Below are positions 24,322 to 33,956 of a stretch of 56,365 nt of DNA, in pieces; position 1 is the first letter of the stretch; every line of letters begins with the position of its first letter. This stretch comes from an uncultured Thermodesulfobacteriota bacterium (lineage in GTDB: Bacteria > Desulfobacterota > B13-G15). The notes beneath the pieces were generated by a model that was not told the origin of the DNA, did not search any database, and saw only the letters and a list, made by a program, of their open reading frames with translations. Where the stretch lies: the NCBI GenBank assembly GCA_964525275.1, contig CAZGDM010000001.1, positions 1-56,365 of the forward strand, written 5' to 3'. The translations under genes were made by a program, and so were the position numbers.

Positions 24322-24350
24322 TTGACAAGGTCTTTCCGCTCCTGTATATA
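24322..24350 (+). promoter_or_regulatory. Near-consensus sigma70 promoter upstream of porG
   Basis: TTGACA (24322-24327), 17-nt spacer, TATATA (24345-24350), with TG immediately upstream. Confidence 0.55.
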
Positions 24351-24390
24351 AGGAAGCCTTGTCACAGGTCAGGCCAAAGGGGGAAAGGGA

Positions 24391-24930
24391 ATGATAGAGA
24401 TCCGCTTTCACGGAAGAGGTGGACAGGGAGCGGTGACCTCGGCAGAGCTGCTGGCCCATGCGGCCATCCAGGAGGGGAAATACGCCATAGCGCTGCCGAG
24501 CTTTGGCCCCGAGAGGCGGGGTGCCCCGGTGGTGGCCTACGCGAGGGTGGACTCTAAACCCGTAAAGCTGCGAAGTGGCATCTATCGGCCCGATGTGGTG
24601 GTGGTGCTGGATCCCTTGCTCACCAAGACCGTGGATGTGACCAGCGGCTTGAAGGAAGGGGGTACCCTTGTGATCAACAGCCCTTCAAGGCCAGATGACC
24701 TCGACCTTAAGGGGATCCGGGTGGCATGGGTAAACGCCACGGTCATCGCCCGAGAGGAGATCGGTCTCCCCATAACCAATACAACCATGCTCGGGGCGCT
24801 GCTTAAAGCGGTGTCCGTGGTCCCCTTGGAGGCCATGATGGAGCCTCTCGAGCACCGCTTCGGCAAGGTGGCGGACAAAAACATCAGGGCCCTCAAGAGG
24901 GCCTACGAAGAGACGAGGGTGGAAGGATGA
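24391..24930 (+). CDS. porG: Four-subunit 2-oxoacid (pyruvate-type):ferredoxin oxidoreductase, gamma subunit
   Basis: [20 protein letters not shown]-terminus. The gamma-delta-alpha-beta gene order matches por/vor operons. Substrate cannot be resolved from sequence alone. Confidence 0.75.
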
Positions 24931-25208
24931 TCCTGGGATGGAAGGAGATAAAGCCCGGCTTTGTCATCACCGAGCCCGGTAACGCTAGCTCCTACCGTAC
25001 GGGGGATTGGCGGACGGATCGTCCCGTGTGGGACAAGGAAAAATGCAACAAATGTGGCCTCTGTTACATTTACTGCCCTGATGGGACGATCAAGGAGGAT
25101 GCGGAGGGCTATTTCTCCGCGGACCTTTTCTACTGTAAGGGCTGCGGCATCTGTGCCCATGAGTGTCCCCAGGAGGCCATAACCATGGTGCCAGAGGTGG
25201 AGGAGTGA
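24927..25208 (+). CDS. porD: Oxidoreductase delta subunit (2x[4Fe-4S])
   Basis: TGDWRTDRPVWDKEKCNKCGLCYIYCPDG and CKGCGICAHECP motifs. Confidence 0.75.
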   Translation: MILGWKEIKPGFVITEPGNASSYRTGDWRTDRPVWDKEKCNKCGLCYIYCPDGTIKEDAEGYFSADLFYCKGCGICAHECPQEAITMVPEVEE

Positions 25209-25210
25209 AG

Positions 25211-26383
25211 ATGACGAAGCGGATGGCCATAGAGGGGTCCCATGCCATCTCCGAGGCCGTAAAGCAAGCCAATGTGGATGTGGTGGCCGCCTATCCCATT
25301 ACGCCTCAGACCCACATCGTCGAGAGGCTCTCGGAGATGGTGGCAGACGGTGAGCTCGACGCCGAGTTCGTCCCCGTGGAGTCGGAGCACTCCGCCATGA
25401 GCGTCTGTGTCGGGGCAGCGGCAGCAGGGGCGAGGGCCTTCACCTGCACCAGCTCTCAAGGGCTGGCCCTGATGAGCGAGATCGTCTACATAGCCTCATC
25501 CATGAGGCTCCCCATGCTGATGGTTCTGGCCAACAGGACACTGTCTGCCCCCTTGAGCATTTGGAACGACCACTCGGACGCCATGATGGTGAGGGATACG
25601 GGCTGGATCCAGATCTTCGTCAATAACGCCCAGGAGGCCTACGACCACGTCTTCATCGGCTACCGTACAGGGGAGGACCACAGGGTGCTGCTACCGGTGA
25701 TGCTTCACATGGATGGGTTCTTCTTGACCCATGCCATAGAGCCCCTGGAACCGGTAGAGCAGGAGCTGATCGACAGGTATCTGCCACCCTATAAACCCCT
25801 TTACCGCCTCCATCCCGACCAGCCGGTGACCATGGGGGCCTTTGCTATGCCGGATCAGTACGCCGAGATCAAGAAGGCTCAGGACGAGGCCATCAAGGCC
25901 GCTTACGGTCCCCTGCTTGAGGCCTGGAGGGAATGGGGGGAGCTTACCGGCCGCCGATATCAGCCTGTGGAGGGGATGTATCTGGAGGATGCGGAAGTGG
26001 TGCTCCTGACCATGGGCAGCTATGGAGAGGTGGCCTCCATGGCGGTGGAGGAGATGAGGGCGAAAGGCAAGGCGGTGGGGCTCCTGAAGCTCAGGCTTTG
26101 GAGGCCTTTTCCCTTCGGAGAGCTGAGGGAAGCCCTCAAAGGGGTGAAGACCGTGGCGGTGATCGACCGTTCGGTGTCCTGCGGGGGGCCCGGAGGACCG
26201 GTGGCCAGCGAAGTACGCTCTGCCCTTTACTCGGAGGGGGATAGCCCTCGCGTGGTGGACTTCATCGTGGGCATCAGTGGCCGTGACGTGACGCCGGAGG
26301 ACTACGAGAGGATGGTGGAATTGACCCCTCGGCTTCTTGAGGAGGGGCCTGAGGGATACATGTTTTACGGGGTGAAGGAATGA
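25211..26383 (+). CDS. porA: Oxidoreductase alpha subunit
   Basis: MAIEGSHAISEAVKQANVDVVAAYPITPQTHIVE. ATG at 25211 after GGAGG. The longer ORF-track start at 25163 lies inside porD. Confidence 0.8.
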   Translation: MTKRMAIEGSHAISEAVKQANVDVVAAYPITPQTHIVERLSEMVADGELDAEFVPVESEHSAMSVCVGAAAAGARAFTCTSSQGLALMSEIVYIASSMRLPMLMVLANRTLSAPLSIWNDHSDAMMVRDTGWIQIFVNNAQEAYDHVFIGYRTGEDHRVLLPVMLHMDGFFLTHAIEPLEPVEQELIDRYLPPYKPLYRLHPDQPVTMGAFAMPDQYAEIKKAQDEAIKAAYGPLLEAWREWGELTGRRYQPVEGMYLEDAEVVLLTMGSYGEVASMAVEEMRAKGKAVGLLKLRLWRPFPFGELREALKGVKTVAVIDRSVSCGGPGGPVASEVRSALYSEGDSPRVVDFIVGISGRDVTPEDYERMVELTPRLLEEGPEGYMFYGVKE

Positions 26384-27330
26384 TGGACGTCTTCGCGGAG
26401 AAGATCACCAGGAAGAACGTACCCAAAGAGGAATACTTCGTCTCGGGCCACAGGGCCTGTCAGGGCTGTGGCGAGATGCTCGCCGTGAGGCTCGCCATGA
26501 AGGCCCTGGGAAAGGACACCATCGTGGCGTGTGCCACGGGCTGCATAGAGATCGTCTCTTCCCCCTTTCCCCAGACGGCCTGGATGGTGCCCTGGGTCCA
26601 CGTGGCCTTCGAGAACACGGCCGCGGTGATCAGCGGGGTGGAGGCGGGGCTTAAGGCCTTGATGCGGAAGGGGAGGCTCCCCGAGAAGAAGATCTACTGC
26701 GTGGGCATGGCCGGTGACGGTGGCACCAGCGACATCGGCCTTCAGGCCCTCTCAGGGGCCTTGGAGCGAGGACATGACATCCTCTACCTCTGCTTCGACA
26801 ACGAGGCCTACATGAACACCGGCATTCAGCGCTCTTCGGCCACCCCTTTCGGTGCAGTTACCACCACCTCGCCTGCAGGCAAAAAGAGCTGGGGTCAGAT
26901 GACCTGGAAGAAGAACATGCCGGAGATCGCCGCAGCCCACGGCATCCCCTATGTGGCCACGGCCTGCCCCAGCTACCCCTATGACCTGATGACGAAGGTC
27001 AGGCGAGGGGCGGAGGTCGAGGGGCCGGCCTATATCCACATCCTCTCGCCTTGTCCCACGGGCTGGCGATATCCCATAAATCTTTCCATCGAGATGGGGC
27101 GTTTGGCGGTGCAGACGGGGGTCTTCCCCCTTTACGAGGTGATTCACGGCCGCTACCGCATCAACATGCCCAAGGGGGAGCTCAAGCCTGTGGAGGAGTA
27201 CTTAAGACCCCAAGGGCGTTTTCGCCACCTCCCTCCCGAGGTGAAGGAGCGGATCCAACAGCGGGTGAGGGAGGAGTTCGAGAGGCTCAAGAAGAAGGCC
27301 TCTGCCTTCCCTTACGAGGAGAGCCGGTGA
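26380..27330 (+). CDS. porB: Oxidoreductase beta (TPP) subunit
   Basis: GHRACQGCG and GDGGTSDIGLQALSGA..FDNEAYMNTG TPP-binding motifs. Confidence 0.8.
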   Translation: MMDVFAEKITRKNVPKEEYFVSGHRACQGCGEMLAVRLAMKALGKDTIVACATGCIEIVSSPFPQTAWMVPWVHVAFENTAAVISGVEAGLKALMRKGRLPEKKIYCVGMAGDGGTSDIGLQALSGALERGHDILYLCFDNEAYMNTGIQRSSATPFGAVTTTSPAGKKSWGQMTWKKNMPEIAAAHGIPYVATACPSYPYDLMTKVRRGAEVEGPAYIHILSPCPTGWRYPINLSIEMGRLAVQTGVFPLYEVIHGRYRINMPKGELKPVEEYLRPQGRFRHLPPEVKERIQQRVREEFERLKKKASAFPYEESR

Positions 27331-27902
27331 CAGATCTCCACGGCGAGCCCGTAGAGCGCATCAAGGGGCATATGCTCCGGTGCCGTAGGGTCGAAGAGCA
27401 CACTCAGCCGCGGAGGAAACTCCTCATCTCCCCGCCAAAGCACGAACAGAAGGGGTACCCTCGGTAAGGCCCAGAACTTGAGGCTTGCATCTCCGAAGGA
27501 CGCCCTTTCCCCACCGAGTTCAACCCCCTTCCGTCCGAAGCCGTCCGGATCTTGCCCGTAGCGTTCGAGGATCGGTTCTAAGGGTAGGGGATGACTCGCT
27601 GCAAAGGCCCCTCCGCCCTTCAGGTCCTTCATCAGGACCCATCGTCCTTTGAGAGGGAGGTCCTTGGCCCCCAAGAGGTATTCCAGTACCCCCACCTGTA
27701 ACTCCGGAGAGGGGACCTGGGGGGCCTTGATGACTTTGAAAGTGGCTTTTTGGGGATCGACGCCGTAGAGGTCCCGGAGAAAGGGCACCTTGTAGACACC
27801 TTCTTCGAACTTCACCTTCGCCCTACGGCAGACATCCTCCGGCAGCTCCTTCTTCAAGCGCTCCCAGAGATGGGGATGGACGAAGTGGATGGGTTCCGTC
27901 AT
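27312..27902 (-). CDS. Hypothetical protein, possibly DUF3786-like
   Basis: Coding-like ORF. The WRGDEEFPPRLSVLFD region resembles DUF3786 (from memory, uncertain). Its 3' end overlaps porB by 19 nt in convergent orientation. Confidence 0.45.
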   Translation of the reverse strand: MTEPIHFVHPHLWERLKKELPEDVCRRAKVKFEEGVYKVPFLRDLYGVDPQKATFKVIKAPQVPSPELQVGVLEYLLGAKDLPLKGRWVLMKDLKGGGAFAASHPLPLEPILERYGQDPDGFGRKGVELGGERASFGDASLKFWALPRVPLLFVLWRGDEEFPPRLSVLFDPTAPEHMPLDALYGLAVEICHRLSS

Positions 27903-29020
27903 GGCCAGACCTCCTCAAAACCCCGAAGGCGGGGGGAGTCCATCGCTTTGTAGAGCGCCAGCATCTTGAAGACATCCCCCATCCCTGCAGGCAAAATCAA
28001 CCTTTTGGCTTGAAGGCGCTCCTTTTCCCTTTCCTTCCCCTCGAGCCCGTCGAGGATCCCCAAAGACAGCAGAAATCGGCCCTGGTTCTTCGGCCCCAGG
28101 GTTCCGAGGCCGAGCTCCCGGGCCTTTTTCAGTACCGCGGTGAAGTTGACATGGGCGGTGAGGTCATCGGCGCCGGGGGCGGAGTAAAAGTCCGTGTGGG
28201 CCCTGTGTCCCCGGTAAGCGAGGAGGGTCCCCTGGGGGAAGGCCCCTGAGAGGAGGGTTTTCGCATCGTGACCGTAGTCTATGAGCAGCACGAACCCCTC
28301 TGCGAGCCTTGCTGATGCCCCTTCGAGCCACTCGAGGGCCGAGATCCCCGCTTCGGCCTGGCACCCTTCAGGCGGCAAGGTCTCAAGCCACCGAAAGTAG
28401 GAGCTCACCCCTCTGGTGGGTTCCTTCAGCACCTCACAAAAGGAGCTTCCGGCAAGGTCCACGAAGATCTCCTTGAGCCTTCCGCCCTTCAGCACTACCC
28501 GATGAACCGGGAGGGCGTCAAGGAGCTCATTGGCCAGGATGCAGCCCCGTATCCCTCCGATCTCCTTCCACCTCGGCCAAGAGACCAACCCCTTGAAGGC
28601 CTTGAGGAGCTCCTTCTGCCGCTCGACCATGAAAGGGTTGATCTCTACGGAGAGGTAATGAAGGCGTCGAAGGACCTCGGGGGCTTGCTCCTTCAGGGCG
28701 TTGAGGATGTCCAACGCCAGGTATCCCTCTCCGCTTCCCACCTCCACCAGGTGGAACACCCCCGGGATGAGATCTGCCATTTCCGCGATCTGTCTCGCCA
28801 GGGTCTTGCCGAAAAGCGGCCCCACGGTGGGACTGGTGAAATAATCCCCCACTTTCCCCCTCGGGGATCGGGGCCTCATGTAGTACCCGTAGCGCGGGTG
28901 ATAGAGGCAGAGCTCCATATAGCGGGCGAAGGTGATGGGCCCCGAGGAAGCAATTTCTGAACGGATGACCTCTTCAAGGGGGTTAACCTCCCCTGCGATG
29001 ATCCTTATCCGCTCGGGCAT
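27899..29020 (-). CDS. SAM-dependent methyltransferase, MidA/NDUFAF7 (DUF185) family
   Basis: ITFARYMELCLYHPRYGYY N-terminus and the EVGSGEGYLALDIL SAM motif. Confidence 0.75.
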   Translation of the reverse strand: MPERIRIIAGEVNPLEEVIRSEIASSGPITFARYMELCLYHPRYGYYMRPRSPRGKVGDYFTSPTVGPLFGKTLARQIAEMADLIPGVFHLVEVGSGEGYLALDILNALKEQAPEVLRRLHYLSVEINPFMVERQKELLKAFKGLVSWPRWKEIGGIRGCILANELLDALPVHRVVLKGGRLKEIFVDLAGSSFCEVLKEPTRGVSSYFRWLETLPPEGCQAEAGISALEWLEGASARLAEGFVLLIDYGHDAKTLLSGAFPQGTLLAYRGHRAHTDFYSAPGADDLTAHVNFTAVLKKARELGLGTLGPKNQGRFLLSLGILDGLEGKEREKERLQAKRLILPAGMGDVFKMLALYKAMDSPRLRGFEEVWP

Positions 29021-29024
29021 CGCT

Positions 29025-29882
29025 CTACCCCAGCAGGGACCGAAGGACCCGCAGGTTCACCCGGTCCCAGTCCTCCCCTTGGGGGCTCTGCCCCTTGGGG
29101 GTCTCGATGATGAAGGGAAGTTCGGCGAAGCGACCGTCGGTAAGCAGGCGCCTGAAGGCCTCAAGGCCGATTTTCCCGCGGCCGATGTGTTCGTGCCGAT
29201 CTATCCTCGATCCGCAAGGGGCCTTGGAGTCGTTCAAGTGAATGACTTTCAGTCGTTCAAGGCCTATCACTTCGTCGAACTCCTCGAAGGTCCGCCTGTA
29301 ACCGTCATCGGTGGATATGTCGTACCCGGCTGCGAACACATGGCATGTATCAAAGCACACCCCTATCCTCCAATCCTCCTCCAGCATCTCGATGATCCGG
29401 GCCAGATGTTCGAAGCGCCACCCGAGGTTTGTCTCCTGACCAGCTGTGGTCTCGAGCAGCACCATCACCTTGAGGTCGGGAGCGCGCTGATGGATGAGGT
29501 TCAGGGCCCTCGATATCCTGTAAAGGCCTTCCTCCTCTCCCGATCCCATGTGAGCCCCCGGGTGCATGACCATGTAGGGAATGCCCAGAGCTTGTGCGCG
29601 CTCGAGTTCCGTCTGCAGGGCCTCGATGCTCTTTTCGTAAAGGTCGTCCTTGGGGGAGGCGAGGTTGATGAGGTAAGTATCGTGGGCCACCACGGGCTCG
29701 ATGCCTGTGGATCGCTGGGTGCGCTTGAAAAGGGCCACTTCTTCTTGACTCAAGGGCTTGGCCCGCCAGGAGCGGGCGTTCTTGGTGAAGATCTGAACGG
29801 TGTCACAGCCCAGTTCTTTGCCCCTCTCGAGGGCCTTCCATATTCCTCCCCCAATAGACATGTGGGCACCGAGCCTCCTCAC
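29025..29882 (-). CDS. nfo: Deoxyribonuclease IV (endonuclease IV)
   Basis: LGAHMSIGGG N-terminus and conserved His/Asp/Glu metal ligands (VAHDTYLINLAS, MHPGAH, CFDTCH, HLNDS). Confidence 0.85.
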   Translation of the reverse strand: MRRLGAHMSIGGGIWKALERGKELGCDTVQIFTKNARSWRAKPLSQEEVALFKRTQRSTGIEPVVAHDTYLINLASPKDDLYEKSIEALQTELERAQALGIPYMVMHPGAHMGSGEEEGLYRISRALNLIHQRAPDLKVMVLLETTAGQETNLGWRFEHLARIIEMLEEDWRIGVCFDTCHVFAAGYDISTDDGYRRTFEEFDEVIGLERLKVIHLNDSKAPCGSRIDRHEHIGRGKIGLEAFRRLLTDGRFAELPFIIETPKGQSPQGEDWDRVNLRVLRSLLG

Positions 29883-31240
29883 CGAAGCTCCTCCATGGCC
29901 TCCTTGAGGAGCCCCTCGACGAGGGAGCGGATCTCGGTGAGCCTCTCGGGGCTTTGGGCCTCGAACCTCAGGACCAGGACCGGCTGTGTGTTAGAGGCCC
30001 TCACTAAGCCCCAGCCGTCGGGGAACTTCACCCTCACCCCGTCCACGTCTATGAAATCGTACTTTCCCTTCACCTTCTCCTTCACCCGTTCCACTACCTG
30101 GAACTTGATCTCGTCGGGGCAGTCCACGCGGATCTCGGGAGTAGTGTAGGTCTGGGGGATCCCTTCAAGGAGCTCCGATACCCGCTTTCCGGTCTTCCCC
30201 ATGATCTCCAAGAGGCGACAGGAGGCGTAGATGGCGTCGTCGTAGCCGAAATAGCGATCGGCGAAAAACATGTGTCCCGACATCTCCCCGGCAAGAAGCG
30301 CTCCTTCCTTCCTCATCTTGTCCTTGATCAAGGAGTGGCCCGTCTTCCACATGATGGCCCGTCCCCCAAGGCGCTCTATCTCGTCGTAAAGCACCTGCGA
30401 GCACTTGACCTCCGCTATAAAGGTCCCCCCGCCGCGGGAGGCGATGATGTCCCTGGCGAAGATGATCATGAGCCGGTCCCCCCAGACGATCTCGCCCCGT
30501 TCGTCCACCACCCCGATGCGGTCACCGTCACCGTCGTAGCCGATCCCTACATCGGCCTCGGTCTCGCGGACCTTCGAGATCAGGTCCTGCATATAGGCCT
30601 CCACGGTGGGGTCCGGGTGATGGTGCGGGAAGTGGCCGTCCATCTCGCAGTAGAGCTCCACGACCTCGCAGCCCAGATCCCTCATGATGGGTACAGCTAC
30701 CACCCCTGCCGTGCCGTTTCCGGCGTCAACCACAACCCGTAGCTTACGGTCCACCCGGATCTGTTCGAGGATGTACTGATGGTAGTCCTTGATGATGTCG
30801 TACTGCGCAAGCTGCCCTTTCCCTCTGACGTACTGGCCCCTTTCGGCGATCTGCCTGATCTTCTGGATCTCGGGGCCGTAGATAGCGTCCTTGCCGACGC
30901 AGACCTTGAAACCGTTGAACTCCGGGGGGTTGTGGCTGCCGGTGATCATCACCCCTCCGTCGACCTTGAGCTTCACGATGGAGAAATAAAGAAGCGGCGT
31001 GGGGCAGATACCCAGGTCCGTCACCTCCATACCGCAACCGAGCAGCCCCTCAAGCAGCGCATCGTGAAAGGGCTCGGAACTCAAGCGGCAGTCCCTGCCC
31101 AGGGTGATCCTCTTTACTCCCCTTTGGGCGTAGTAGGTCCCGATGGCGTGGCCAAGCTCCTTTACCGTCTCCGGGGTCAGGTCCTCTCCTTCCACCCCCC
31201 TTATGTCGTATTCCCTGAAGATCCTCGGGTGAAGCTCCAT
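29879..31240 (-). CDS. Phosphomannomutase/phosphoglucomutase
   Basis: Active-site loop TGSHNPPEFNGFK, metal loop GYDGDGDR and GEMSGH motif. Confidence 0.85.
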   Translation of the reverse strand: MELHPRIFREYDIRGVEGEDLTPETVKELGHAIGTYYAQRGVKRITLGRDCRLSSEPFHDALLEGLLGCGMEVTDLGICPTPLLYFSIVKLKVDGGVMITGSHNPPEFNGFKVCVGKDAIYGPEIQKIRQIAERGQYVRGKGQLAQYDIIKDYHQYILEQIRVDRKLRVVVDAGNGTAGVVAVPIMRDLGCEVVELYCEMDGHFPHHHPDPTVEAYMQDLISKVRETEADVGIGYDGDGDRIGVVDERGEIVWGDRLMIIFARDIIASRGGGTFIAEVKCSQVLYDEIERLGGRAIMWKTGHSLIKDKMRKEGALLAGEMSGHMFFADRYFGYDDAIYASCRLLEIMGKTGKRVSELLEGIPQTYTTPEIRVDCPDEIKFQVVERVKEKVKGKYDFIDVDGVRVKFPDGWGLVRASNTQPVLVLRFEAQSPERLTEIRSLVEGLLKEAMEELR

Positions 31241-31244
31241 CTCC

Positions 31245-31460
31245 TCACCTCCTTTCCGATGGGTTCCCCTTGGCGATGGCCTCGAGCTCCCTTAAATTCG
31301 CCACCAAAGCGGAGAGGAACCCTCCGGGATCGCGGATCCCCCCTGGAGAACCCGGTTTGAGGAGGCCCTCCATTACCCTGAGGAGGGTATGGGCTTCCTC
31401 CAAAGTCATCTCTATAACTACAGGGAAGACCTTCTCCTCTCCTTCATAGATCACGTTCAT
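31245..31460 (-). CDS. Hypothetical small protein (71 aa)
   Basis: ORF packed between flanking genes (4-nt gap downstream, 17-nt overlap upstream). No family recognised. Confidence 0.4.
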   Translation of the reverse strand: MNVIYEGEEKVFPVVIEMTLEEAHTLLRVMEGLLKPGSPGGIRDPGGFLSALVANLRELEAIAKGNPSERR

Positions 31461-31857
31461 CCATTTCCTCCCTCATCTTGCGTATCCTCATGTCCTTGAG
31501 CACCTCTTCAAAACGCCTCCTCACGAAGCGTTCTAGAAAGGCCCTATGTTCCATGTAAGGGAGGGCGTTCCTTTCAAAGTGGGACAGCAGTTCCCCCTTC
31601 ACCTTCTCCAATTCGTCCTCCAGCACCCCTATCTTGGTCAGCTCACGGCGGTACTCTACCTCCTCTCCCAATTCCTCCCTTGCCTCTTCGCCTAAGGGAT
31701 CGGTGATCATCCCCTCGAGGTACGAGGGCTTCACCCTCACCTTCCCCCTTATCAGAAGTTTCACGTTCCAGTAACCCCCGTAATAGCTCTTGCTAAGGTC
31801 GATGGCCTCGAGCTTCAAGCCGTTTTTCAGGGCCCAACTACGGATCACCTTGGCCAT
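31444..31857 (-). CDS. Hypothetical protein (137 aa), charged and helical C-terminus
   Basis: Coding-like ORF with a 3-nt gap from the GNAT stop. No family recognised. Confidence 0.45.
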   Translation of the reverse strand: MAKVIRSWALKNGLKLEAIDLSKSYYGGYWNVKLLIRGKVRVKPSYLEGMITDPLGEEAREELGEEVEYRRELTKIGVLEDELEKVKGELLSHFERNALPYMEHRAFLERFVRRRFEEVLKDMRIRKMREEMDERDL

Positions 31858-31860
31858 CCT

Positions 31861-32325
31861 TTAACTCTTTAACTCCAGGGCCATGGCGATCTCGTCACAA
31901 TTGGGGAACTTCACACAGCGCAGGCAATCCCCCCATATCTTGTGGGGGAGGGTGGCCTTTTCGACCACCTCGAAGCCGAAACGGCGGAAGTACTCGGGGA
32001 TATAGGTGAGGAGGAAGACCTTGGCTATCCCCAGCTCCTTAGCCTCGTGAAGGCAGGCCTCCACGAGTTTCCCCCCCACGCCCTTTCCCTGTACGTCTTC
32101 GGCGACCGCGAGGGATCTAATCTCGGCCAGGTCCTCCCAGCAGATGTGCAGCGCGCACACCCCTACCACAAGGCCATCCTCCTCGAAGAGGAAGAAATCC
32201 CGGAGGTTGTCGTAGATCTCCCCCAGGGAGCGCTGTAGCAACAGTCCTCGGGAGGCGTAGAAGTTGATGAGATCTTGGATGCGGGGGACGTCCGAGATCC
32301 TGGCTTTGCGCACGATGCCCTTCAT
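31861..32325 (-). CDS. GNAT-family N-acetyltransferase (ArgA C-terminal-like)
   Basis: LAVAEDVQGKGVGGKLVE acetyl-CoA motif. The ATG at 32325 forms an ATGA overlap with the recN stop. The longer ORF-track extension to 32523 lies inside recN. Confidence 0.75.
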   Translation of the reverse strand: MKGIVRKARISDVPRIQDLINFYASRGLLLQRSLGEIYDNLRDFFLFEEDGLVVGVCALHICWEDLAEIRSLAVAEDVQGKGVGGKLVEACLHEAKELGIAKVFLLTYIPEYFRRFGFEVVEKATLPHKIWGDCLRCVKFPNCDEIAMALELKS

Positions 32326-33956
32326 CTCCGTAGCATTTCCTCTACATGTCTCAGGGTGGCCTCGCTCACTTTTGTCCCGGCGAACATACGGGCGATCTCC
32401 TTTTTGCGTTCCTCTCCCTCTATAGGCTCCACCCTGACCACGGTCCTCGATCCCACAACCTCTTTCCTCACCCTCAAATGGTGATGGGCCTGGGATGCTA
32501 TCTGGGGAAGGTGAGTTACGCACAACACTTGGTGCCTCTGGGCCAGGGCTTTGAGTCTTTCGCCAACCGCTTCAGCGGCCACGCCGCCTATACCCGCATC
32601 TATCTCGTCGAAGATCAGGGTCATCCCTGCGCCCCCCTTGGAGACCCCCTTTAAGGCCAGCATCATGCGGGAGAGTTCCCCCCCGGATGCAATGGCGGCA
32701 AGAGGCTTGGGCCTTTCGCCGGGGTTGGCCGAGAAGAGGAACTCCCCTTCCTCTGCCCCCCACAGGCCGAGGGTTTTCCCTCCGACGGTGACCGTCTCCC
32801 CCCTGGGAGCGAAAAAGGCCACCGAGAAGCTCACCTTCGGCATCCCCAGTCCCTCCAGCTCGACCCGCATCGCCCTGGATAGGGCCTCGGCGGTCCTCCT
32901 CCTCCCTTCGGAGAGCTCCTCTACCCTCTTCTTCATCTCCTCGGCAAGCTCCTCCAGTTTCCCCCTCAGGGTGGGAATTTCTTCCTCGATCCCTTCGGTT
33001 TCTGCAAGTTCCCTCTTCAGTCCCTCGAGGAATTCGAGGAGCTCTGCCACGTTCGCCACCCCGTACTTGCCCTTGAGCCTTTGCAAGTGGTGAAGTCTCG
33101 CCTCCACCTCCTCAAGTTCCGCGGGATCGTGTTCTAAGGATGAAGCGTAGCCCTCTGCCCCCGTCGCCACTTCCTCGATCGCCAAACGCGCCTCCTCCAA
33201 GGCCTTGGACCACTGACCAAAAGCATCGTCTAAGGAAGAGACCTTTCCGAGTTCCCGTAGGGCGTGGGATATGCGCCGAAGGGCTCCCTCATCCCCCGAT
33301 AGAGCGGTCTGCACCGTTGCCAACGCCTCCATCACCTTGTGCTTCTGCAGCAGGAGTTCCCGTCTTTGCAGGAGGCGCTCCTCCTCGGCGGGATCGAGGT
33401 GGGCAGCCTCGAGTTCCCGTATCTGGAAGAGGAGGAATTCCCTCTTCCTCTGGGCTTCGGCCTTCTGCGATAGGAGTTCCTGAAGCCTCCTTTCAAGGGA
33501 TCTGTACTCGTCGAAGAGGCGGCGGTATTCCCTCCGTTTGGAACTCAATCCCCCGAACTCGTCGAGCAACTCCAGATGATGCTGGGGATCCCTCAGAAAG
33601 TAATGTTGGTCCTGCCCGTAGATGTCCATCAATTTCCGGGCTGTTGCCTCCAACTGGGCAAGGGATACGAGTTTTCCGTCCACGTATGATCGACCGCGTC
33701 CTGTAGAGCTTATCACCCGTCGCAGTACCACTTCTCTGCCATCGGGCAGGCAGAAGAGAGCCTCTACTGTCCCTTCCTTGGCTCCGGTGCGTAGCAGGGC
33801 TGAGGAGGCCTTTCCCCCCGAGAGGAGACCCAGGGCGTTGACCACCATCGACTTCCCCACCCCGGTCTCCCCGGTAAGGACGTTAAACCCCGGGTGGAAA
33901 TCTATGGTGACCTCCTCGATGATGGCCAGGTTCTCTATCCTGAGGCTTACGAGCAA
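32322..33956 (-). CDS. recN: DNA repair protein RecN
   Basis: MLVSLRIENLAIIEEVTIDFHPGFNVLTGETGVGKS Walker A, a long coiled coil, and the C-terminal SGGELSR signature with the LIFDEIDAGIGG Walker B. Confidence 0.9.
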   Translation of the reverse strand: MLVSLRIENLAIIEEVTIDFHPGFNVLTGETGVGKSMVVNALGLLSGGKASSALLRTGAKEGTVEALFCLPDGREVVLRRVISSTGRGRSYVDGKLVSLAQLEATARKLMDIYGQDQHYFLRDPQHHLELLDEFGGLSSKRREYRRLFDEYRSLERRLQELLSQKAEAQRKREFLLFQIRELEAAHLDPAEEERLLQRRELLLQKHKVMEALATVQTALSGDEGALRRISHALRELGKVSSLDDAFGQWSKALEEARLAIEEVATGAEGYASSLEHDPAELEEVEARLHHLQRLKGKYGVANVAELLEFLEGLKRELAETEGIEEEIPTLRGKLEELAEEMKKRVEELSEGRRRTAEALSRAMRVELEGLGMPKVSFSVAFFAPRGETVTVGGKTLGLWGAEEGEFLFSANPGERPKPLAAIASGGELSRMMLALKGVSKGGAGMTLIFDEIDAGIGGVAAEAVGERLKALAQRHQVLCVTHLPQIASQAHHHLRVRKEVVGSRTVVRVEPIEGEERKKEIARMFAGTKVSEATLRHVEEMLRR

